DNA of 64,000 bases from an uncultured Desulfatitalea sp. (GTDB lineage: Bacteria; Desulfobacterota; Desulfobacteria; Desulfobacterales; Desulfosarcinaceae): positions 2,656,001 through 2,720,000 of the forward strand of contig CAXXMB010000002.1 in the NCBI GenBank assembly GCA_963668675.2, in the 5' to 3' direction. Made by a program: the position numbers and the translations under genes. Every line of letters begins with the position of its first letter. Within the stretch, counting starts at the first letter, position 1. The notes under the pieces were generated by a model. That model did not search any database. It had not been told where the DNA came from and saw only the letters and a program-made list of their open reading frames with translations. Shown piece by piece: positions 1-10,795 of the stretch.

Positions 1-71
1 ATGATTTATGTTTTACGGTTCCTTATTCACATATATTTCGATAGACGCTTCAACGTAAAAGGGATTGTTGC

Positions 72-878
72 ATGGAGTTCAACACGGTACAATTCGAGGA
101 GGTGGAGCCCCACATCGGTCTAATTACGCTGAGTCGCCCACACCGGCTCAACGCCATCAGCATGGAGATGTTGGATGAGCTAAAGGTTTTGTTTCAACGT
201 CTTCTGTCGATGGAATCGATCTGGGTGCTGATGCTGACCGGTGCCGGACGAGGCTTCTGTTCAGGCGCGGATCTGAAGGACGCTAAGACGTGGAGCGAAT
301 CCGTTGGCCAAGTGCGCAATGCCGGCAGCCATTTAATTCATATCCAAAAGAAGTATGCTGAGAGCGTAATGGGCATGCGTGCATTGGGGCAGCCCATTAT
401 TTCCGCTGTAAACGGTGTCGCGGCCGGTGGAGGAATGTGCTTTGCGCTGGCTTCAGACATCGTGATCGTAAGCCGCAAGGCGTCGTTTATTCCCTCCTTC
501 ATCAACATCGGGCTTTCAGGCGGCGAACTTGGCTCCTCCTATTTCTTGCCTCGTGCGGTGGGCCATATCCGCGCCTCAGAGATTCTTCTGACAGGGCGTT
601 CTGTTGGGGCCGAAGAGGCTGTGCGGATCGGACTGGCCAACGCATTGGTCGAGCAAGAGAAACTGCTGGAAGAGGCATTGGTTATGGGCAGGCGCCTGGT
701 AGAGAAAGGGGGGACCGCCCTTCGATTGACCAAGGAGAGCTTGAACGTGAACCTGGATGCCGCCTCGCTGATGTCGGCCATCGAGTTCGAGAATCGGACG
801 CAGAGTATCTGCTGCACTACCCCGGAACATTTTTCCGCGGTGGCGAGATTTGAAAATAAAACCAAAGAAAAAGCTTGA
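72..878 (+). CDS. Enoyl-CoA hydratase/isomerase (crotonase) family protein
   Basis: Crotonase motifs TGAGRGFCSGADL and AVNGVAAGGG; the TGA stop lies inside the downstream repeat. Confidence 0.92.
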   Translation: MEFNTVQFEEVEPHIGLITLSRPHRLNAISMEMLDELKVLFQRLLSMESIWVLMLTGAGRGFCSGADLKDAKTWSESVGQVRNAGSHLIHIQKKYAESVMGMRALGQPIISAVNGVAAGGGMCFALASDIVIVSRKASFIPSFINIGLSGGELGSSYFLPRAVGHIRASEILLTGRSVGAEEAVRIGLANALVEQEKLLEEALVMGRRLVEKGGTALRLTKESLNVNLDAASLMSAIEFENRTQSICCTTPEHFSAVARFENKTKEKA

Positions 879-1041
879 TGAACTCGTAAAAAGTTGTTCA
901 CTCGTCATGCCGGACTTGATTCGGCATCCAGAAGTTTTTGAAAAGACTGGATAGCGCTAAAGCTTAACTGCGTGCCCGGCTTTCGCCGGAATGACTGAGT
1001 AACTACTTTCGGGACTTTTTACGAATGAATGCATCAAGCTT
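871..1041. repeat. MITE/REP-like palindromic repeat, family A copy 1
   Basis: Outer inverted arms AAGCTTGATG..CGTAAAAAGT / ACTTTTTACG..CATCAAGCTT enclose GTCATGCCGGACTTGATTCGGCATCC...CGCCGGAATGAC; similar copies at 16314, 45579 and 50085. Confidence 0.88.
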
Positions 1042-1694
1042 GACCGTCCGTAGAAAATTCCTGCAAGCAAATGGGGGTGCCTGATTCTCGTTGAAATGGT
1101 TGGGATGGGTTTTTTAACTCAGGCTATGGTCCTATAAGAAGCAGAAGTTTTATCTATCAGAATCCCAGCATGCATTTTTTAAGCATTGGCGTCAGTGAGG
1201 ATTTGCTCGTCCTGGTTGGATCGATCGTTTTAGTGGTTTTCGCTTCTTCATTTGCCGACAACGTAAACGGTTTAACCATCTCCCGATTTTCTTTTACCGC
1301 AAGGATAAATCCCGTTACCACTTTACCGGCATTTTATCGGTGTGCTGTCAGATCGTTTATGCCGAAATTATAATTGAGCCAAGAGACGCCTTGTTTTCGA
1401 AGTCCTGACAATGGGGTGTGCCTGCTATGACCTTCCAGTTCAAGAAGGAGATGGACGAGGATTTCGACCAGTATGTGGGGTTTTACGGTCAACACAGCGC
1501 GGCCGTTTTGATGGGGTAAGAAAAATCCCTACATCAGAATCAAAAATTTCTGAATTGCCTGCTTTCCTGAGACTTGATACGTTGCAGATTGCTATGATCT
1601 CATTTTTCACGGCATTGAACTAATTATTGAATTCTTGACCCCGTCAGGCGACACCGCCTCGTTGCTTAACAGGCAGGCCCCTACTGGAGGGCAG

Positions 1695-1949
1695 ATGATT
1701 TTTGCTGGACTCAAGCTGACGCTTTTGGGTATGGCGGTGGTGTTTTCCTTTCTGCTGCTTTTGATCCTGTTCGTTAAAATTTCCTACTGGTTTCTGTCCG
1801 CAGGCAGTGCCAAGGAGTTGGCCGCTGCGGAGGCCGCCGAACTGAACAAAAAGAGGCGTTCTTTGAGCGCAAAAGAGAACGACGTGCTGGTGGCCATCAT
1901 CAGTGCGGCGATCGCCGCCCATCGATCCCGGACGCGGCCGGTCAGATGA
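1695..1949 (+). CDS. oadG: Na+-translocating decarboxylase gamma subunit (OadG family)
   Basis: Single TM with GMAVVFSFL, C-terminal VAIISAAIAAH, GGAGG RBS before ATG 1695, directly upstream of the alpha subunit. Confidence 0.88.
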   Translation: MIFAGLKLTLLGMAVVFSFLLLLILFVKISYWFLSAGSAKELAAAEAAELNKKRRSLSAKENDVLVAIISAAIAAHRSRTRPVR

Positions 1950-1994
1950 TATAGGGTGTCGTTTATCAACCTTTTCTGGAGATAGTGAGCAATC

Positions 1995-3782
1995 ATGAAA
2001 AAAATTCGGTTTATGGATACTTCTCTGCGCGATGGGTTTCAATCGGTTTTCGGTGCTCGTGCGCTGACGGATGATTTTATCCCCGCAGTGAAAGCGGGTG
2101 CGCATGCCGGGATCGAACACATGGAGGCGGGCGGAGGCGCACGTTTTCAGGCGCTGTTTATGTATTGCGGAGAATCGGCTTTTGACATGATGGATCGCTT
2201 CCGTGAGGCGGCCGGGCCGACCACGAAGCTCCAGACGCTGGCAAGGGGCATTAACGTGGTCGCGCTTTCGGCCCAGCCCAAAGATATGATCGATCTGCAT
2301 GCCAAAATGTTCAAAAAACATGGGATGACGCACATCCGCAACTTCGATGCCCTGAACGACGTGCGCAATCTTATCTATTCGGGCGAGTGCATCAAAAAAG
2401 CAGGTCTGCACCACCAGGTGTCCATTACCATGATGGAGCTTCCGCCAGGTTGCAGCGGGGCCCACGACGCGCCCTTCTATATCAAAACGCTGCGGGAAAT
2501 CATGGACTCCGGGCTGCCCTATGATTCCATCTGTTTCAAGGATGCCTCCGGGACCAGCAACCCGCGCAAGTTTTACGATACGATCAAGGCCGCTCGTGAA
2601 CTGCTGGGTAAGGATACCATTATCTGGGCCCATTCTCATGAAACCGCCGGTGTAGGTGTGGTCCAGTATAAAGCCGCCATAGAGGCCGGCTGCGACGGCG
2701 TTGACCTGGCCCGCACGCCTCTGTCCGGCGGTACCTGCCAGCCGGACATGCTGTCGTTGTGGCATGCGTTGAAAGGCACCGACTACACGCTGGACATCGA
2801 TGTAAAAAAGATCATGGAGGCCAATCGGGTTCTCGAGGAGTGCCTTCAGGATTACTTCTTTCCGCCGGAGGCGCAGAAAGTCTCTTCCGAAGTGATTCTC
2901 TCCCCCATGCCGGGCGGCGCATTGACGGCCAATACCATGATGATGCGCGATACCGGAACGCTGGCCCTCTATCCAAAGGTGATCGAAGCCATGTCCGAGT
3001 GTGTTGCCCGAGGCGGCTTCGGCACTTCGGTAACGCCGGTGTCCCAGTTCTATTTTCAGCAGGCCTACGCCAATGTCACCCAGGGCCCCTGGAAGAAAAT
3101 AACCGACGGCTATGGCAAGATGGTGTTAGGGTACTTCGGCCGCACACCGGTGCCGCCGGATCCGGAGATCGTGCGCATTGCCGAAGAGCAGCTCGGCAAA
3201 CCGGTATTCAAGGGCAATCCGGTGGAGCTGCTCGAGCCCGGCATTCCCAAAGCCAAGGCGATCCTTGAAAAAGAGGGCCTGCCAATTACCGAAGAGAACA
3301 TCTTTATCGTTGGTGCCCTGCAAACCCCGGGGGGCAACAAGGGGCTGGATTTTCTGAAAGGCCACAAACCCATCAATGTGCGCAAGGTCGCCGCCGAAGA
3401 CGATACGGCAACGCCTTCCCCGGCAGCGTCGTCGGAGGCAGCGCCTGCGTCGTTTCCAGCCGAATACACGGTGACGGTGGAGGGCAAGGCCTACCAGGTC
3501 AAGGTTGAATCGACTACCGGCGAAGTCCAAGCGGTGACGCCGGCAGCGCCGACCGCCAAGTCAGCCAATGCCATAAACGTCGTGGCCAAGTTGCAGGGCA
3601 TCGTATCCGAGATTTTTGTCGCCGCAGGGGATCGGGTCCGTCGGGGCGATACGCTTCTCATACTTGAAGCCATGAAGATGGAGACCCCCGTGGTGGCGCC
3701 TTGCGACGGCAATATCGTCTCTATTGGAGTGGAAAAAGGCCAGGTGGTAAAGCCCGAACAGCTGGTCGCAACGATTGCATAG
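1995..3782 (+). CDS. oadA: Oxaloacetate decarboxylase alpha / pyruvate carboxylase B-type carboxyltransferase with biotinyl domain
   Basis: LRDGFQS, KDASG, HSH and MPGG motifs; Ala/Pro linker; biotin site EAMKM. Confidence 0.9.
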   Translation: MKKIRFMDTSLRDGFQSVFGARALTDDFIPAVKAGAHAGIEHMEAGGGARFQALFMYCGESAFDMMDRFREAAGPTTKLQTLARGINVVALSAQPKDMIDLHAKMFKKHGMTHIRNFDALNDVRNLIYSGECIKKAGLHHQVSITMMELPPGCSGAHDAPFYIKTLREIMDSGLPYDSICFKDASGTSNPRKFYDTIKAARELLGKDTIIWAHSHETAGVGVVQYKAAIEAGCDGVDLARTPLSGGTCQPDMLSLWHALKGTDYTLDIDVKKIMEANRVLEECLQDYFFPPEAQKVSSEVILSPMPGGALTANTMMMRDTGTLALYPKVIEAMSECVARGGFGTSVTPVSQFYFQQAYANVTQGPWKKITDGYGKMVLGYFGRTPVPPDPEIVRIAEEQLGKPVFKGNPVELLEPGIPKAKAILEKEGLPITEENIFIVGALQTPGGNKGLDFLKGHKPINVRKVAAEDDTATPSPAASSEAAPASFPAEYTVTVEGKAYQVKVESTTGEVQAVTPAAPTAKSANAINVVAKLQGIVSEIFVAAGDRVRRGDTLLILEAMKMETPVVAPCDGNIVSIGVEKGQVVKPEQLVATIA

Positions 3783-3796
3783 ACCAGGGAGACCTG

Positions 3797-5098
3797 ATGA
3801 AGCACACTACTAAGTTTGCCATCGGCTGGGCGTCGGTCGTTACGGTATTGGCCACGGCCGCACCGGTGTTGGCCGGTACCGAATCATCGGCTCCCGCCGG
3901 ATCTAAAGGTGAGTTGGCGCCCCTGGGGTCTATGATCGCCGTGTTCGTCAAGTCCACTGGTCTCTGGGGATATCTCTTTCCCGAGGCCGGCGGGTGGACA
4001 GCAGGGATCGGCAGCTTGATCATGGTCGCTGTGGGACTGCTGCTGTTGTATTTGGCCATCTCCAAACGGTTCGAACCCCTGCTTCTGGTGCCCATGGGAT
4101 TTGGATGCATCCTGGCAAATGTTCCTCTGGCTGGGATTGCGGATCCTGGAGGCATCATCTATTACATTTACGAAATCGGCATCAAAACCGGAGTTTTTCC
4201 GCTGCTGGTCTTCATGGGGGTAGGCGCCATGACCGATTTCGGCCCCATGATCGCCAATCCCAAGACCGCACTGTTGGGTGCGGCGGCCCAGTTCGGCATT
4301 TTCAGCACGCTTATCGGGGCCCTGGTGCTGTCGCACATCGTGCCCGGCATCGATTTCGACCTGTTTGACGCGGCATCCATCGGCATTATCGGCGGGGCCG
4401 ATGGACCGACCGCCATTTTTCTGGCCAGTCAGCTCTCACCCGACCTGCTGGGAGCCATTGCCGTGGCGGCCTACTCCTACATGGCGCTGGTACCCATCAT
4501 CCAACCCCCTATCATGAGGGCGCTGACCAATTCCGATGAACGCAAAATCCGCATGACCCAAATGCGCTACGTGGGCAGAGCGGAAAAGATCGTATTTCCA
4601 ATGATAGCCCTCGGATTGTGTATGCTGTTGCTGCCGTCGGCAGTCCCCCTGATCGGCTTTTTCATGTTCGGCAATCTCATGCGAGAATGCGGCGTGGTCG
4701 ATCGCCTCTCCAAAACCACTCAGAATGCCCTGATCAATATCGTCACCATTTTTCTCGGGATTGGGGTCGGTTCGCGGCTTTCCGCGGAGAAATTTCTGAA
4801 CCTGGAAACCCTGGGCATTTTGCTTCTTGGGGTCGTTGCGTTTAGTATCGGGACCGCCTCCGGCATTTTGGTGGCCAAGTTGATGAACCAGTTTTCGAAA
4901 ACAAAAATCAACCCATTGATCGGATCTGCCGGCGTTTCGGCGGTCCCTATGGCCGCCAGGGTCAGCCAGAAGTTGGGGGTCGAGGAAGATCCCGAAAACA
5001 TGCTGCTGATGTTTGCCATGGGGCCCAACGTCGCGGGTGTGATCGGGTCGGCGGTGGCCGCCGGCGTATTGTTAACGTTAAAAAACCTGATCGTCTGA
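3797..5098 (+). CDS. oadB: Na+-translocating decarboxylase beta subunit
   Basis: [56 protein letters not shown]. Confidence 0.95.
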   Translation: MKHTTKFAIGWASVVTVLATAAPVLAGTESSAPAGSKGELAPLGSMIAVFVKSTGLWGYLFPEAGGWTAGIGSLIMVAVGLLLLYLAISKRFEPLLLVPMGFGCILANVPLAGIADPGGIIYYIYEIGIKTGVFPLLVFMGVGAMTDFGPMIANPKTALLGAAAQFGIFSTLIGALVLSHIVPGIDFDLFDAASIGIIGGADGPTAIFLASQLSPDLLGAIAVAAYSYMALVPIIQPPIMRALTNSDERKIRMTQMRYVGRAEKIVFPMIALGLCMLLLPSAVPLIGFFMFGNLMRECGVVDRLSKTTQNALINIVTIFLGIGVGSRLSAEKFLNLETLGILLLGVVAFSIGTASGILVAKLMNQFSKTKINPLIGSAGVSAVPMAARVSQKLGVEEDPENMLLMFAMGPNVAGVIGSAVAAGVLLTLKNLIV

Positions 5099-5206
5099 TG
5101 GGTCTGAAGGGTTGTCGTACGAGCATTGCAAGCGGCCCATAATTTGATATACTGTAACGGCTGCCGGCGGAAAAAATGACCCGGGATAACCTAAGTGGAG
5201 GGAAAG

Positions 5207-5515
5207 ATGTCGATACGCGTTCTCATGATCAGGAAAATGCCTCGCTTGTACGGCGGAATGGAGGCTGATTTGTTGCCCCAGCTGGGTCCCTTGTTGGCCG
5301 AGGCCAGGCAATTGGCGTTTCGTCAAGCCGGGTATATTTCCGGAGAGACCATGCGAAATATTGCTGATCCCTACGAATTTTTGGTGATCAGCACTTGGAA
5401 ATCGGTCGAAGACTGGGAAAGGTGGTTCGCCAACAAGGAGCGCGCGGAGATCGAGGGGAAAATTGACGCCGTATTGGGTGCACCGACGGAATACAGGGTT
5501 TATTCCTATGACTAG
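5207..5515 (+). CDS. Antibiotic biosynthesis monooxygenase (ABM) family protein
   Basis: QAGYISGET...VISTWKSVEDW pattern, ~100 aa, GGAGG RBS. Confidence 0.8.
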   Translation: MSIRVLMIRKMPRLYGGMEADLLPQLGPLLAEARQLAFRQAGYISGETMRNIADPYEFLVISTWKSVEDWERWFANKERAEIEGKIDAVLGAPTEYRVYSYD

Positions 5516-5628
5516 TGGTAAAAAAAAGGCTGACACCGAAATGCCCTTTTATGCTTTACTCTTTTTAAATCTATGACGTGGGGGCTTCTCTGAGATATGG
5601 TTCCCGAAAGACAGCAAGGAGTGATGAT

Positions 5629-6090
5629 ATGACCATCCATGCCAGGGACGTAATGGTAACGTCGTTTGATCGAATTCACCAGGATTCGCCCATCGAGGAT
5701 GCCATCAACATGATCCTGAACGGGAAAATCAGAGAGACAGGCCAAAAGACCATCAGCATTATCGTTGTAGATGACGCTGGTCAGATGGTAGGGGTGATCA
5801 GCATGTATGACATTCTTTTTCATCTTCGGCCGGACTTTTTGAATTTGAGTGTGGATGCAGACACCTTGTTGTGGGAAGGGCAGTTGAGACGGTTGACCGA
5901 AGAGCTTAAGAACAAGAAGGTCAATCAGCTGATGAGCACCAATGTGACGAGCGCGGCGCTTGACGAGCATATTATCGTTATCCTGGACAAGATGATTAAA
6001 AACAAGTTCCGCCGTCTTCCTGTGTTGGAGGGGAACAAGCCCATTGGCATTATCTACCTCTTCGATGTCTATTACCGCATTTTTCATTGA
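5629..6090 (+). CDS. CBS-domain protein
   Basis: Tandem CBS repeats (ARDVM..VGVISMYDIL; LMSTNV..RRLPVLE..GII); AAGGAG RBS. Confidence 0.88.
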   Translation: MTIHARDVMVTSFDRIHQDSPIEDAINMILNGKIRETGQKTISIIVVDDAGQMVGVISMYDILFHLRPDFLNLSVDADTLLWEGQLRRLTEELKNKKVNQLMSTNVTSAALDEHIIVILDKMIKNKFRRLPVLEGNKPIGIIYLFDVYYRIFH

Positions 6091-6354
6091 GTTCCACCCA
6101 AGCGCGTTTGCTGCATATCGGTAACCGACAGCTATGCCGGTAGCATCTCGCATCATCTTCCAATTTGATCTCGGCTGTCGCCAATGCCTTTATATCGCCG
6201 TCGGTTAAGATGAAACTGCCGCGGTGAAAGGGTTCCCATTTTACGACGGCACTCTTGTCCGCTTCAAATCTGTCGGATTTTTCTCAGAGCAACTTTCATC
6301 TTCTCGATAGGCCAACCGACTGATATTCGCTTAACCTTTGCAAAGGAGGTCGTC

Positions 6355-6777
6355 ATGGACATCCAAAAAATCTGGAAGCTTTTCCAAGCCCACATGGATT
6401 ACACCGACGATGAACTGGAGGTGTTTAAATCAGATCCCGTGAAGGTGAAAATGGTGACTGAAACACCTGATTTTGTGAAGTGCCGGGTGATTGCAGAAGT
6501 AGTTGAATCCCATGGCTGTCATGCCAGGCACCGGGTGGGGGATCGCTTTGTCCTGACCCCCGGCGGTCAGCTTATAACCAGCGAATGCCCCAACAATATG
6601 TGTGTATCTGCAGTTACTGCGATCGGTCACGTTTTACCGGCCATTTCCGAGCGCCTGATCAACAATACAGATCCGCAGCACGAGCGCGTAGATATCGTCC
6701 ATTGCTCGGACGTGGGGTTGGATAAGGGCGGGTGGGGAAAAATTCTGATGAAGATTTACGTGGAAAAAGCGAGCTGA
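6355..6777 (+). CDS. Conserved hypothetical Cys/His protein (TIGR04076-like)
   Basis: GCHARHRVGDRF..CPNNMC..VHCSD pattern; strong AAGGAGG RBS. Confidence 0.65.
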   Translation: MDIQKIWKLFQAHMDYTDDELEVFKSDPVKVKMVTETPDFVKCRVIAEVVESHGCHARHRVGDRFVLTPGGQLITSECPNNMCVSAVTAIGHVLPAISERLINNTDPQHERVDIVHCSDVGLDKGGWGKILMKIYVEKAS

Positions 6778-6881
6778 CTGGATACCCGTTGTTATCCCAG
6801 GTCATTACTGGAAGAAAGTTCCCACATGCAGGATGTGCTTGGTTTAAACTCAATTTCTTTTCTGAGAAGCCAGGAGTTCTT

Positions 6882-7739
6882 ATGCGCGCGAAAGTCATAA
6901 GTTTGTTGATATTGGCAGCCATTTTGTTCGGATGTGCAAAAACAGCCGTGAAAAATGCAGAGAACTCATTTATAGGGAAAGAACCTATTATAGTTGACCA
7001 TATGTGCACAGATATCGAACGAATTCCTGAAATCTGGATAGAAAAGACCAAGAAAACCTTTAATATCTCCTACGGCCACACATCGCACGGCAGCCAAATC
7101 ATAAGCGGTATGCGAGCGTTGCAGGCTAAAAATGGAATACTTTCATTCAGCAGTAATACAAGTTCAAGACATCTGACCATTTTTGATCGCGAACCAAAAG
7201 GGGATTTGGGAAATCCCGACAGGCGAACCTGGTATCAAAGGACAAAGGATCTATTGGATCATGGATGGGGAGACACCAATATCATCCTGTGGTCATGGTG
7301 TGGACAGGTCTCCAACGCCACGAAAGAGGACATCGATACCTATCTCGAATTGATGGATGCGCTTGAAAAAGAGTATCCCAAAGTCATTTTTATCTATATG
7401 ACGGGGCACTTGGACGGGAGTGGTGAGCGTGGAAATCTGAACATCCGCAATACGCAAATTCGGGGTTTTTGCCGAAACAACAATAAAATATTGTATGACT
7501 TCGCAGATATTGAAAGCTACGATCCCGACGGCAACTCTTTCTTAAATCTGGATGCCAACGATAGGTGTGACTATAAAAAAGAGGGGGAACGGAGAAACTG
7601 GGCCGATGAATGGTGCAAAGCCAATCCCGGGGAATGCAGCGATTATCGATGCGCCCATTCGATGCCGCTGAACTGCGATATGAAAGCCAGGGCTTTCTGG
7701 TGGCTGATGGCACGCCTGGCAGGATGGCAGCCTGAGTGA
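6882..7739 (+). CDS. Putative lipoprotein of unknown function
   Basis: Lipobox ILFGC after a hydrophobic signal; motifs YGHTSHGSQI, WSWCGQ, MTGHLDG, DFADIES; AGGAG RBS. Confidence 0.7.
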   Translation: MRAKVISLLILAAILFGCAKTAVKNAENSFIGKEPIIVDHMCTDIERIPEIWIEKTKKTFNISYGHTSHGSQIISGMRALQAKNGILSFSSNTSSRHLTIFDREPKGDLGNPDRRTWYQRTKDLLDHGWGDTNIILWSWCGQVSNATKEDIDTYLELMDALEKEYPKVIFIYMTGHLDGSGERGNLNIRNTQIRGFCRNNNKILYDFADIESYDPDGNSFLNLDANDRCDYKKEGERRNWADEWCKANPGECSDYRCAHSMPLNCDMKARAFWWLMARLAGWQPE

Positions 7740-7992
7740 TTCGGCCGAATCGTATCGGTTAAGGAATTATTACGACCACCAGATCCTGCTTTTCCGCTGC
7801 TGTTTTTTTATCTTGATTCTCTGTAGAAAAACGTACCCTCAGGTGAAGGCAAGCTATTCCAAGTGAGTCTTTAGGCCCAATCTATTATTGGATGTAACAT
7901 CTAAGGCCTCAAAATGCCGGCGTATGCCTGCGGTTTAAAGTTTTTTCTCCATTACGAACCTGAGCCAATATCCGCAAAAGGACACACCTCAA

Positions 7993-9600
7993 ATGGATCC
8001 CATTCTGATTGTAGCTGCGTTTGTTCTCGGTTCGATGGCGAGCCGGATCGGTCTGCCGCCGTTGGTGGGATACCTTGTGGCCGGTTTTGTGCTCAACGGC
8101 CTGGGTATCGAAGCAGGGAATAATCTGGAGTCGATCGCCAATGCCGGTGTGACCCTGCTGCTTTTCACCATCGGATTAAAATTGAAACTGAGGGACCTGG
8201 CCGGCCCGGCGGTATGGGCAGGAGCGTCAGTCCACATGATGTGCACGGTGGTCATCTTCACCATCGGGTTGGGCCTGTTGAGCATGTTCGGCGCATCTTT
8301 GTTGGATGGGTTGACCTGGGCGCACTGGCTGCTCATCGCCTTTGCCTTGAGTTTTTCCAGTACGGTATTTGCCGTCAAGACGTTCGAAGCGAAAAAGGAG
8401 ATGGCCTCGCGCCATGCGGTAACGGCCATCGGCATTTTGATCATGCAGGACATCATCGCCGTGGTCTTTATGGCCGTATCCTCCGGCAAGGCACCGAGCC
8501 TGTGGGCGCCTGTATTCGTCGGGGGGCTTATTCTGATTCGTCCTCTGTTGATGCGCTTCATGTCGAGATGCGGGCACGGTGAACTGTTGATGCTTTTCGG
8601 CATTCTGATGCCGGCCGCCGGTTATGGGGGGTTCGAACTGGTCGGCCTGAAAGGCGACTTGGGCGCCCTGGTATTCGGGATGCTTTTAGCGGCGCATCCC
8701 AAAGCGTATGAACTCTCCAATGCGCTGCTGAGCTTTAAAGATCTCTTCCTGGTCGGCTTCTTTCTGAACATCGGCATTTCCGGTTCACCCACCTTGACGG
8801 CAGTCGGCATGGCGATCCTCCTATCGGTGGTCATGCCGATCAAGGCCGCCATGTTTTTCGGTCTTTTCACCCGTTTCAGGTTGAGCGGACGCACTTCACT
8901 GCTGGCCTCACTGAGTCTGGCCAACTACAGTGAATTCGGACTGATCGTCGGCACCATCGGTGTTGCCCACGGATGGCTCGACAGGCAGTGGTTGACCGTC
9001 CTGGCGATGGCGCTCTCCATTACGTTTATTATGGCAGCGCCGGCCAACTCTTTGGTCCACGTTATCTACGCCCGGTGGTCCGATCTGCTCAAACGATTCG
9101 AGAGCTCGAAGCGTCCAATTGAGGAGTCCCCCCCCCTGGTGGTCGGCGATGCAGAAATCGCCGTCATCGGACTTGGGGGACTTGGGACGACAGCTTACGA
9201 CGAGATGCGACGGCGCAACGGGGAGGTGGTGGTCGGTGTCGATTTCTCCCGGGAAACGGTGCAACGGCATCAGCAGCTGGGACGGCGGGTGGTGCTGGGC
9301 GATGCTTCGGACAGCGACTTCTGGGAGCGGATAACCGTCGCCGGCACCAATATCGGCATGGTGATGCTGACCCTGCCGGACCCTAAAGCGAGCGCCTTTG
9401 TCATCAACCAACTGAAAGAACGGGGATATACGGGGCAGATTGCCGCTTCCGTGCACCACGAAGACGAGATCGACGAGTTGAGAAAAGCCGGCATCGATGC
9501 GGCTTTCATTGTCTCCCATGAAGCCGGCGTTGGGTTTGCCGACTATGTTTGCAAGCATATGGAGCATTGCCAACTCCAGGAGATCGGCTTGACTTCGTGA
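7993..9600 (+). CDS. CPA2 cation:proton antiporter with TrkA-N (KefB/KefC-like) domain
   Basis: GLPPLVGYL, LSFSST, GILIMQDI, SEFGLI; C-terminal IGLGGLG..GDASD Rossmann fold. Confidence 0.9.
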   Translation: MDPILIVAAFVLGSMASRIGLPPLVGYLVAGFVLNGLGIEAGNNLESIANAGVTLLLFTIGLKLKLRDLAGPAVWAGASVHMMCTVVIFTIGLGLLSMFGASLLDGLTWAHWLLIAFALSFSSTVFAVKTFEAKKEMASRHAVTAIGILIMQDIIAVVFMAVSSGKAPSLWAPVFVGGLILIRPLLMRFMSRCGHGELLMLFGILMPAAGYGGFELVGLKGDLGALVFGMLLAAHPKAYELSNALLSFKDLFLVGFFLNIGISGSPTLTAVGMAILLSVVMPIKAAMFFGLFTRFRLSGRTSLLASLSLANYSEFGLIVGTIGVAHGWLDRQWLTVLAMALSITFIMAAPANSLVHVIYARWSDLLKRFESSKRPIEESPPLVVGDAEIAVIGLGGLGTTAYDEMRRRNGEVVVGVDFSRETVQRHQQLGRRVVLGDASDSDFWERITVAGTNIGMVMLTLPDPKASAFVINQLKERGYTGQIAASVHHEDEIDELRKAGIDAAFIVSHEAGVGFADYVCKHMEHCQLQEIGLTS

Positions 9601-9721
9601 ATGGGTAGCGATGTCATTGATCCACTTGGACATATCCATTGGACGCGATTGAATGATCCAATGACGCGCATGCGAGTGCATTAAACGCAGAGGATTTCAA
9701 TCTGCATGGAGACCTGGAAAC

Positions 9722-10162
9722 ATGCTACGAATATTGAGCTTTCTTTGTTTAATCGTTTTATTACCATCCTGCAGCTCCACCGTATCCAAGCCTGGCACGC
9801 AGAACCGCGGAACCGATCCGCAAATGGTGCTGGATAAAAACTGGCAATGGGTATCGACCCTCACACCGGTCGAGAAAATAACGGTGCCTGCGCCGGAACG
9901 CTATACGATTCTTCTGTCCGAAACAGGCAGGCTTCAAGCCCAATTTGACTGCAACAGCGGCGGCGGCAATTATGAGATTTCTCCTGGGAAACTCTCCTTC
10001 GGTCCGCTGCTGGCCATACGCATGGCATGTCCCCCGGACTCCTTGGGCTATCGATTTATGCAGGATCTGCAGCAGGTAAAGCTGTTTTTTATGCAGGGCG
10101 GTGAACTTTACTTGGATCTTCCGATGGACGGCGGGACGATGCGGTTCCGAGCGGCACCATAG
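9722..10162 (+). CDS. META/HslJ-domain lipoprotein
   Basis: Lipobox LPSC; DCNSGGGNY..LSFGPL..RMACPP. Confidence 0.85.
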   Translation: MLRILSFLCLIVLLPSCSSTVSKPGTQNRGTDPQMVLDKNWQWVSTLTPVEKITVPAPERYTILLSETGRLQAQFDCNSGGGNYEISPGKLSFGPLLAIRMACPPDSLGYRFMQDLQQVKLFFMQGGELYLDLPMDGGTMRFRAAP

Positions 10163-10795
10163 ATTTTTCTGCCCCAGAGCTGATCGGTACCTGTTTGCCG
10201 CGAGGTAAACATGGCAGTTGATCAATCCACGCTTGCCTATTGCGTGATAGGTCCAACCGGAGGTTACTCCATTGTACTTCGAACGCCAATGGCTGCCTGT
10301 GCAGCCAACTCTAAATCGCAATAGACATGAGGCACCGGTCTCAACGTCTGTGTTAGGTGAAGTCCTTGGCCGCCCGAACTATCAGATTGCCCTATCGTTT
10401 GACATTGCCAAGCGCAACGTTATAACACAGGAAGGCCTCAACATACGAAATCTTACTATGGATTTAATTCTCGAATCGGTTCATCTGGCGGAAAAAGCCA
10501 GCATCTCACCCACGCCATAAATTTGCCATCCGTTGAGGTCTTCGCCGAAAGTGGGCATTACGGAACTGGTAACTGCTTCATCATGGATCTTTGCATGCCG
10601 GGACTCACGGGATCCGCCTTCTCGATGATCAGGTTAAGGCCGGCAAGGCTGAGTTGGAAGACACATATCCTGTAAAACCCATACATCGAGTGAACGGGCG
10701 GCCTATCGTCCAAACGGCATTAGACCCAAAATCGGTGATGCAAGTTCGGGTTTGCCATTTAACAAACAACCAGATGAAGAAGGAGGTCCCAGAAA

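Noticed and set aside
1042..1690. Short ORFs at 1170 and 1411 upstream of oadG
   Set aside because: No RBS or recognisable motif; treated as intergenic or degraded sequence.
10480..10600. Minus-strand fragment VMPTFGEDLNGWQIY resembling a cytochrome c C-terminus
   Set aside because: No CxxCH, start or RBS; too short to support a pseudogene call.
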